From assembly GCA_002269645.1 (NCBI GenBank), contig NIVC01004934.1:1-30962 (forward strand): 30,962 nt of DNA, read 5' to 3'. The stretch comes from Macrostomum lignano. Taxonomy: Eukaryota. Shown here piece after piece: positions 22,960 through 30,962 of this stretch (the first letter of the stretch is position 1; each line of letters starts with the position of its first letter). Both the position numbers and the translations under genes were made by a program. The notes under the pieces were generated by a model, which saw only the letters and a list, made by a program, of their open reading frames with translations, had not been told where the DNA came from and did not search any database.

Positions 22960-23851
22960 CAAATTGCAAGTCAGTGCCAGTTCCTTCTGTCTGTCTCTTC
23001 CGCATCCCGCATCCGCATCCCTCCCCAAACTCTCTCCTATCTGTCCCAACTCCTCCCCATCTCTCTCCTATTCTCACCCCTATTTTCCCCATCACTTCCC
23101 CACCTCTCTGGCATCTCTCTGGCATCTCTCTCATCTCTTGCTTATCTCTCCCTCAACTCTCCACAACCTCTCCCCATCTCTTCCCAGTCTCTTCCATAAT
23201 CTCTCTGCCATCTCTTCCCCATCTCTTTAGCATCCAAATACTAAAAATGGTTTGTCGGTAGGTATCTATCTCTGTGATCGATTAGAGAAAAAACGGCTCA
23301 ACCGATTTTCTTCGAATATCTTCTAACTTCCTCTCCTATTCTCTCTCCCATCTTTTCCCCATCTTTCCCAAACTCTCCCATCTTTCCCCATTTCCCATCT
23401 CTTTCTAATCTCTCTCTTATTCTCTCTTCCATCTCTCTAATTATCTCTCTTATCTCCCCCTCAACCCTCCCATCCATCCCGTCTCTCCCCAATCTCTCGC
23501 CATCTCTCTCCCATTTCGTGCTAATATCTTGCCATCTTTTCCCCATCTCCCCCCGTCTCCCCCATTTCGCTCCTTCTCTCTCATCTTTTTCTCTTCTCTT
23601 GCCCATCTCTCTCCCCTTCTCTCTCCCATCTCTTCCCCATCTTTGCCATTCTCTCTCATTCTCTATTTTACATGTATCTCTCCTCAGTTTCTCGTCTCCA
23701 CCTATATATTCTCTTTCCCATCTCTTTCCCGTCTCTCTGGCATCACTTCCTCATCTCTCTGACATCTCTTCTCCATCTCTTTCCCATTCTCTCTTTTATC
23801 TATTTTCCATCTCACTCTTATTCTCTCCCTCCAATCTCTCCCTATCTCTGC
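22960..23851. repeat. CT-rich polypyrimidine low-complexity tract (left part)
   Basis: Near-continuous (CT)n/CCCATCTCT-like sequence. Confidence 0.9.
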
Positions 23852-24690
23852 CAAGGACTACACCTTTTTACGTTCGATTTTGAACAAAGTCCAGTTCTAA
23901 AAAAACTAGCGGAAATTCAATTCAGACAATTCAGACTGGGGCAACAAACCCCAGTTCAAAACATTATGCAACCGAAGCAAGTTTTAGCCATAGACAAAAT
24001 TGTCCCCAGTCTGAATTGCCTGAATTGAATTTCTGCTAGAACTGGACTTTGTTCAAAATTGAACCAAAGACGACTTAAGTAGAAGGACGGGAAACCTCGT
24101 TTCTTAGAAAAGTTTTGAAGGCACTTTTTCCCGAAAAAATACACTACGGAGATTGGAAATTTTCATTTTTTCAGCACAAAAATTGCTATTACTTTTGATA
24201 GGAGGCAGATCCAGTGTTCATCTTTTGATATGTTGTGCCTTTTTTATTGCTCTATCGATATTTATAAATCTTTTCGTTCAGATTATTTTATCGGGAGGAA
24301 GTGCCTTCAAAAATTTTCTAAGAAACGAGGTTTCCCGTTCTTCTACTTAAGTCGTCCTTGAATTGAACGTGAAAAGGTGTACTAAAGTAACATATACTCG
24401 TATATAGGACGCTACACTCGAAATATATGGTAAATGTTTTGAAGGCAACTTTTCGCCGAAGAATTACCTTACAGAGATAGGAGGTTTTAATTTTTTCATC
24501 ACAAAAATTGTTATTGCTTTTGATAGGAGAAAGACCCAATGTTTATCTTTCGATATGTTGTGCCTTCCTTATAGCTCTATTGGGATTCATAAAGCTTATT
24601 TATTTATAGTGTATTTTTTGGCGAAAAGTTGCCTTCAAAACATTTACCATAGATTTCGAGTGTTGCGTCCTTCTACTTAAGTAGTCCTTG
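23852..24690. mobile_element. Composite CAAGG-ended foldback/MITE (P- or hAT-superfamily-like), 8-bp TSD
   Basis: Starts CAAGGACTAC (23852) and ends GTAGTCCTTG (24690). Flanks are ATCTCTGC (23844-23851) and ATCTCTGT (24691-24698), a 7/8 match. Internal inverted arms lie at ~23878-23945/24000-24060 and ~24390-24460/24619-24670. Confidence 0.8.
24065..24360. mobile_element. 296-bp MITE nested in the element above, perfect 8-bp TSD
   Basis: Terminal inverted arms of ~60 bp run CAAAGACGACTTAAGTAGAAG... / ...CTTCTACTTAAGTCGTCCTTG. The TSD AATTGAAC is at 24057-24064 and 24361-24368. Confidence 0.9.
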
Positions 24691-24698
24691 ATCTCTGT

Positions 24699-25255
24699 CT
24701 GTGCAGATTCAGGCACAGTCATTGCCAGTTCCCTTCTGCCTGTCTCTCCAATCGCGCACTCAACCTTCCCCAAACTCTTCCCCATCTATACCATCTCTTC
24801 CCCTTCTCTCTCCCATTTTTTCTCGATCTTTACTCTATCTCTCCAATCTCCCCCATCTCTCTCATCTCTCCAACTTTCACCCATCTCATCTCCTATCTCT
24901 CCTTCAACACTCCCCATTTTTACTCCATACCTCCCATCTCTCTCGAATTTCCCATTCTCGCATTCTGTTCCCATCTCTCACTCCTTTTGTCGCCCATTTC
25001 TCTCTCATCCCTCTCTCATCTCCCTCATCTCTTCCCATCTTTCTCGCATTTCTCCTCCATCTCCCTACCATATCTTTCCCGTATCTTTCCCATATCTCAC
25101 GTATCTTTTCTCTACTGTCTCTCGATTTTCCCTCCAACTCCCCATCTCTCTCCCATTCTCTCAGCCATCTCTCACCGTCTTCCTTCCCCCGAGTTCTCCA
25201 CCGTCTCTCCCCTCCGTCCCCCAACTCTTTCCCGATCTCTCCTTCAACTTCACCT
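24699..25255. repeat. CT-rich polypyrimidine low-complexity tract (right part)
   Basis: Same composition as 22960-23851; resumes after the MITE. Confidence 0.9.
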
Positions 25256-25504
25256 TCATTGTAGGAGGGCATACTTTATGAGATGTTGCCCGCATTGCTA
25301 CCCACACGGAATGCACCTGGGTTACCGACCCATGGTGCAAGCTTGTTAAATGTCTGTTTTTATTTAAAACTGCAAGCACAAGGCATATTTATGAACAGAT
25401 AAACCTACGCCCACATTGCAGACTTGGGATTTCTACTGAAGCACAGCTAGCTCATCGAGCAGACCGACTGCAGTCCCAGAGACCAAGTTAAAGACTCAAT
25501 CAGC

Positions 25505-28500
25505 ATGAGGCATCTCGCTGCTGCATTCGCATTGCTGGCGGTGTCGCTCTGCTCAGCTGTGGCTTTGCCGGTCGCGTTGGCGCCCTTTCTATCCAAGGCT
25601 GCCATCATGACTGTAGCCAGAGACGCTGCCATTAACTCTGTCGTAAGCTCGCTTGTAGACAAAGTCTTGAACGGCGGCGGCGGCGGTGGCGGCGGCGCTG
25701 GTGGCGGCGGCGGCAATTTGATCACCAGCTTGGTCAATTTGAGAAAACAGAACGAAGAAACGCTCAACGAGATGATGAAGTCTGTCGGCACCGCACCGAA
25801 TCCGCTCATCACCCAGGAATCGATGAATAAAATGGTCAAAGACTGGTCCCTCCAACCACAGAAGGCGGGAACTCGCTCCATCAGCCTGCAGGCCGATCAG
25901 GGCTTTAACGGACTCGGAAACTACCAGCCTCCAGGATGGGTGATGACGGAGACTTTGAGCGGCCCAGCGAACAAAATACCGCAAATGACGGACGAGAAAG
26001 TACCGGTGTATCAATATCCGAAGGGAGTGGGTCCGATGCTGATGAACGGCTGTACGGGTCAATTCTATTCAAAAAGTAGTCCCTGCAACTCCAGCAAGCT
26101 CGCTGCTCAGGGACACGCAGTCTGCCCGAACCTCCTGGAAGCCGCCGCCTACGTGGGCGTAGGTTTCGACGGTCGCGGCTTCTACAAAATCGAGAGCCGC
26201 AGGGCCAGCCTAGTGCAGCGTTACTGCTCCAACAAGGCCAGCTTCCAAAAAAAGACGTTCCCGACTCGATGAACGTGTTCGGCATCTTTGAGACTACGGC
26301 AGAGACCAAGTCCTTCCAGTCTGGAGGGGAATACATGAACTACATCAGAGAGAAGGCCGGCCTGTCAAAACAGAGGAATCTATTTCGCAGTGAGGCCAGC
26401 AAGCACAGCACTTCCGTTTCAGCAACTATCAGCGCTTTTAGCATTTCCTCTGCTTCAAGTGCGACCGGTTACGGCGAATCGTCCTCGGTAAAATCTGGTG
26501 AATCGGTCTCGGAAAATGTTCAGACTGAGAGTTCCAATATGCGGCAGGGGGCTTCTAATACCTTTTTCGCCATCATGTATGTCAGCGTCATCATGTACGA
26601 GATCACTCTGGATGATGTGAAGCCGCAAGACATCAACTTGGCTGCTCTCAAGGACTACATGAGCTTGCCGGAGTCCTACTACTCGGTTGGCGCTGACGTC
26701 AAGTACCAGAACTTTCTGCTTCGCTGGGGCACGCACTTTATTCGGTCTGGAAAGTTTGGCGGCCAGTTGAAGATCACAAAGACTGCGAAGATGAACAAAG
26801 TAAAGTCTGTGGCGGAGTTCGCCAGCATCGCCGAGACAGAGTTCCAGTCAATGTTTGCGTCACTGCAGTCCAGGCACCTGCAGACAACAAGCAAAGTTAG
26901 CACTCCTTTTTATGGCGGACAGATAAAGTCTGAACATCAAAGCTCATCGGCAAAATCCGGAAATAGTCGCGTCAGCACAATGAACCAGAAAAACCAGCTA
27001 TCTCAGAGCTCAAGCCAATCCGAGTTCACTCAAACTAGCGTCGAAGCTCAAGGAGGAACGCCGGAGATCGCGGAGGCTCTCGTCGACTTTTACACGCCAT
27101 CGTTCAAGTCTTTGTATCACAAATGGATCGTCTCAATCAGCGACTACGTGAAGCCGTTCGAGTTCCAGCTAAAGCCCATCGACCAGCTGTTCAATATGAA
27201 CATGGACGACCTTTTCCTGTCTGGGAACTTCGATTTTGGCTGCATGGGAGGGCTGGCAGCAGTAACAAAGTAAAGATTTTGGTGGAGCCTGGAACCAATC
27301 GCAGATACCATCTTGATGAGCAGACTGAATTCCGAGACAACCGGACTGAGACTAGACTAGTGAAGACCTACTGCAAGTACAGAGACCTGAATGAGTTCAA
27401 GACTGATCTGGACAGGCGAACAATCTCTCTGGAGAAAGCAGTTGCGGTCTACATGGCAGAAGGTCCGTTTCCGACGTCAACCTACGAGCTGGAAGCTGGG
27501 CAGTCTGGCTGCGAAGAGAAGACCTTGGCTCAAATCGACACACTGGACTCCAAGTCAAAGCCTCTGACTTTTCTGCAGCTCAAAACAGCGCCGTTTCTAA
27601 TTTCATTTGACCTGCCTGAGGAGATACCAAATTTGCTGCAAAGACAAGCAAAGTACGCTGTGGTCTATCGAGGAGACAGATGGTTTGCCACTGAGCCAGG
27701 AAGCCATCTTGCTCACTTGTATGACGGTTGCCAATTGGGCAACTACAAGCTTGAAGAGCGTAAGAGCAAACCAAAAATCTGCATTTGGAACATTATCCTC
27801 ACCTATGAGAACAACACGGCTTTTTCTACATTGACCACAATGACTTTTCTGCATCTAAACGCCGCAACCCGTTGATTCCGGGCTGGATGTCTGGCTTAAC
27901 CGTGGCCAGAGCTTCAAGTCTGAGCATATCGAAGGACCCTGCCTCGACTCCCGAGTCAGTGCCGTGCAACGTGAAGTGGCTAAACTCCCACAGACTCGAT
28001 CCCAGCAAGAATGAGAGCTGTCTGCACTTTACGGCCGCCACTGAGGGAGACATCTTTGTGATTTTTGCATCCATTCCAAGAGATCAGTCAACGTGGTACT
28101 ACCTGCAGATCAATGCAGAGGGTGTTCTGTTTTACAAGCAATGAAGCTGAAAAAGCGCGACGAAAATAGGGGCATGGGGACACTGGGAGACAGGAACCTG
28201 TACCAGTCCTACTTTGTGTGCGTACTCCAGTCCAGTGGCTCAGTTCTGATGCAGTTTGGAAAGGCAGATGCCACAAGTGAAGTCGGCACTGTCTACTCTG
28301 GCTACAAGTTTCCGCAGGACAGCCAGTACAGTCGTTTATCTTTCTATACATTTGGCGCAGGCTCAAGGCCAGTGTCTCTGATGGACATTCGACTCACCAA
28401 GCAGATGCCAAAGGTTCGATGCTTGAATAATAACTACAAACAGGTGGATGGTCACTGCGTCCTTGACTGTCATGCAGAGTGTATCGACTGCACTTTAGCA

Positions 28501-29340
28501 AATGATGACACCAGCTGTTTCCAGTGTCGCAATGTCCGGATTGTGACGAAAAGTTATACTGGTGACTTAGTAGTAAAATGCTTACCAGTGTGTCCGAGGG
28601 GCTTCCAACTAAGCGACAGGGCTGAGAAGCTGTGTGTTCCATGCAGCCCTGGCAGCTTCAAGAACTCAACAGGCAACCAGAACTGCACGCCATGTGATCC
28701 TGGTACCTTCACCGAGTCTGAAGCACAAACAGAGTGCAAAAAGTGCAGCCCAGAACTTTTACTGCCAACTGGAGATCTCAAACGTGCAAGAAGTGCGCAG
28801 AGGGCACGTCAGCGGCCTCAAAAGGATCTGTTTTGTGTAGGCCCTGCAGCCCCGGCTCGTTCGCGCAAGTTGGTCAGGCACAATGCACTCCCTGTCCGCT
28901 CGGCCAGTTCAACAGCGTAGATGGACAGTCTCGGTGCCAGCTGTGCTCTGTGGGCTATTTTGCTGCCACCGGGCCTCACTTCTTGGATCCGTGTCCCAAC
29001 GGAACAACAGTACAGCGGGCTCAGCGAGTTGCGAAAACCACTGCAGAAGGGGAGAGTTCAGTCCGAGCAAAGGCATCCCATGCAGAAAGTGTTCGGCCGG
29101 TACATTTGCAGCCAGTATGGGCGCGAAACTGCACATTGTGCCCCGCAGGCACATTCGGTCAAGAGACGGCCAGTCGGCATGCACAGAGGCTCCGGCAGGA
29201 TCGTACGTCGGCATGCACAGAGGCTCCGGCAGGATCGTACGTCCCACTTGCTGGATCGACAAGCAGCACTCCGTGTCGATGGGCACCTTCAACCCGTAAA
29301 CTGGAAAGTCCAGACGTCTGACTGCTCTCAGAAGGGGCAG
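25505..29340 (+). CDS. Secreted MACPF (perforin-like) multidomain protein with C-terminal furin-like and GCC2/GCC3 (ephrin-receptor-like) Cys repeats; apparently intronless; frameshifted in this sequence
   Basis: Signal peptide MRHLAAAFALLAVSLCSAVA; poly-Gly; YVGVGFDGRG..(D)VPDSMNVFG; exact MACPF signature WGTHF-x6-GG (WGTHFIRSGKFGG); Ser-rich TMH-like segments; PFEFQLKPI; then CHAECIDC and repeated C-x2-C-x-PG(S/T)F-x8-C. Frameshifts near 26250, 27255, 27868, 28140 and 28750, more after 28990. The true 3' end is uncertain. Confidence 0.88.
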
Positions 29341-29531
29341 CATATAGGTGATAAAGTTTGCCGAAGTCGCAGTGTATGGAGTGTGACCCTCGACTTTTGG
29401 TAACAAAAGCTAATTGGAAGCTTCGGTTTGGAAACTGACTCAGATTTGACTAATTCTTCATCAGCATGAATTTACTGCAGCAAACACAGCAATCTGATTT
29501 GTGAGCTTTTTTACCATTGCTAATTCTGCCT

Positions 29532-29805
29532 CGCATTCTCCGCCATGCAAATTACATGATTCACTTTAAATCAGCTCTGATTCTCCCTCACATTCTCCGC
29601 ATGCAAATTACATGATTCACTTTAAATCAGCTCTGATTCTCCCTCACATTCTCCGCCATGCAAATTACATGATTCTCTTTAAATCAGCTCTGATTCTCCC
29701 TCACATTCTCCGCCATGCAAATTACATGATTCTCTTTAAATCAGCTCTGATTCTCCTCACATTCTCCGCCATGCAAATTACATGATTCTCTTTAAATCAG
29801 CTCCA
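29532..29805. repeat. ~57-bp tandem repeat, about 5 copies
   Basis: Unit CACATTCTCCGCCATGCAAATTACATGATTCTCTTTAAATCAGCTCTGATTCTCCCT. Confidence 0.95.
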
Positions 29806-30528
29806 TTCTTTTCTTCTAGAATCAAATCAAAATTCCTAAATCCCTAATTAAAATTCGTCTTCGATTTATGATCTGCTCTAATTATTTTAATTTGATCTCC
29901 AACTACTTTTGGTTTGTAATAGCTGGCATATTACACGCAATTTATTTACAATCACTAATGAAGATGAGTATAGAGGAAATTCCCACCAGTGCTTCACCTG
30001 TAATATCAGTACCAATATCGTACCTGTAATATCCTACCGATAATGGGTAGATAAATCCGAACTAAAAATCTCGCATACTAGTGCTAATGCTTTGTTTTAT
30101 GAATCATTATTTCTGTGGAATTTCATTTCCTACCAAACAGTTTAATCGTAACCAGCTGATGTACCTGGCAATACCATCTCTATTTACTTCACAAAGTTAA
30201 ATATTGAGCATGCAAATCGAATTAATATCTTAATACATTGGTGCGACCAATCCAGACCAATTAATTACACCGCAAACAGTTTTGCATCTCTGTGCAATAT
30301 AATTCATTTTGAGGTCAGGTGTGACCTTCATTCATGAAGTACTTCAAAGTAGTTAAAAAATATGGGGCGCAAAAATGCTTTGGATGAGCAGCTAGCTCGG
30401 TGAGACCAGCCACTCTCAAGGTTTGTTTTAATCAGAAAAGAAAGACGAGCTGCCAATGCTCATGAACTCCGGTTCGACGTAAAAATTTCAAATTGCCCTT
30501 TTGACATGACTAATGACTAATTGACATG

Positions 30529-30686
30529 CACGAGCTGCAGGCCTGTCCCGGACTCGCAGTGGCTGTATGTGATCGAGAAGTCCCTAAAGACTGAGAAGCG
30601 GAAGGGGAAATTCGCTATCTGGTCAAGTGGGCCGGCTACGACCCGACTGGCTGGGTAGACGACAAAGACTTAAGAAAAGTTTAGCT
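30529..30686 (+). mobile_element. Chromodomain with preceding ELQ motif (Polinton/Maverick integrase C-terminus-like), frameshifted
   Basis: HELQ / PVPDSQWLYVIEKSLKTEKRKG / RYLVKWAGYDPTGWVDDKDLRKV*. Confidence 0.7.
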
Positions 30687-30722
30687 GGTTGATTCAACTG
30701 TCATTATTTGTTCAATCGTACT

Positions 30723-30954
30723 ATGAAGAATATTGCCATCAACAGTCAACATGCTGAAGCACTCCTAGTGTCTTTTATTTTCACCTGTCTTCACCTATTT
30801 ACTTAAATCGAAATGTGGACTATGAGGCAGGTCTGGCTGCATGGTTCAATGTTGACAAGCCTTACTGCATCACTGTCTCAGATGGAAGAGAGCATGAGGC
30901 CCTTGTCCTGATCAAACCTGATCAATTTGGTCTCGATGATGCTGCTCAGGAATA
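30723..30954 (+). mobile_element. Polinton/adintovirus-like minor capsid (penton) N-terminal remnant
   Basis: MKNIAINSQHAE / LSSPIYLNRNVDYEAGL..WFNV...DG...VLIKPDQFGLDD resembles the penton N-terminal pattern PI.L...YE+GL...W.N+...IP.G.Y, and lies directly after the chromodomain. Confidence 0.5.
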
Positions 30955-30962
30955 GCGATGGT

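Noticed and set aside
22901-25379. Many S/P/L-rich and G/E/R-rich ORFs
   Set aside because: Artefacts of stop-poor CT/AG low-complexity sequence.
25447-26336. Minus-strand ORFs including a poly-Pro one
   Set aside because: Antisense shadows of the MACPF N-terminus and its poly-Gly codons.

Overview
Eukaryotic (animal, probably invertebrate) genomic DNA: two host-type genes sit among many decayed mobile elements. The species cannot be fixed from sequence alone. Gene 1 (5520-10888, minus strand) is a 9-exon CLCA-family gene; its HExxH protease motif is replaced by LYFSQ while the vWA MIDAS residues are intact. Gene 2 (25505-~29340, plus strand) has no visible introns and encodes signal peptide + poly-Gly + MACPF + an unknown beta domain + furin-like and GCC2/GCC3-like Cys repeats, broken by several 1-nt frameshifts. 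Mobile DNA includes a P/THAP9-type transposase remnant, a DUF4780-like ORF1 fragment, and a LINE RT with a 5' inversion that fits twin priming. It also includes a DIRS-type tyrosine recombinase abutting Helitron fragments, an RTE-type endonuclease fragment, nested CAAGG-ended MITEs with 8-bp TSDs (one 37-bp member disrupts a divergent TBP-like ORF), and a Polinton-like chromodomain/penton remnant at the right edge. There are also several tandem arrays and CT-rich tracts. All family calls come from motif recognition by eye; no database search was run.
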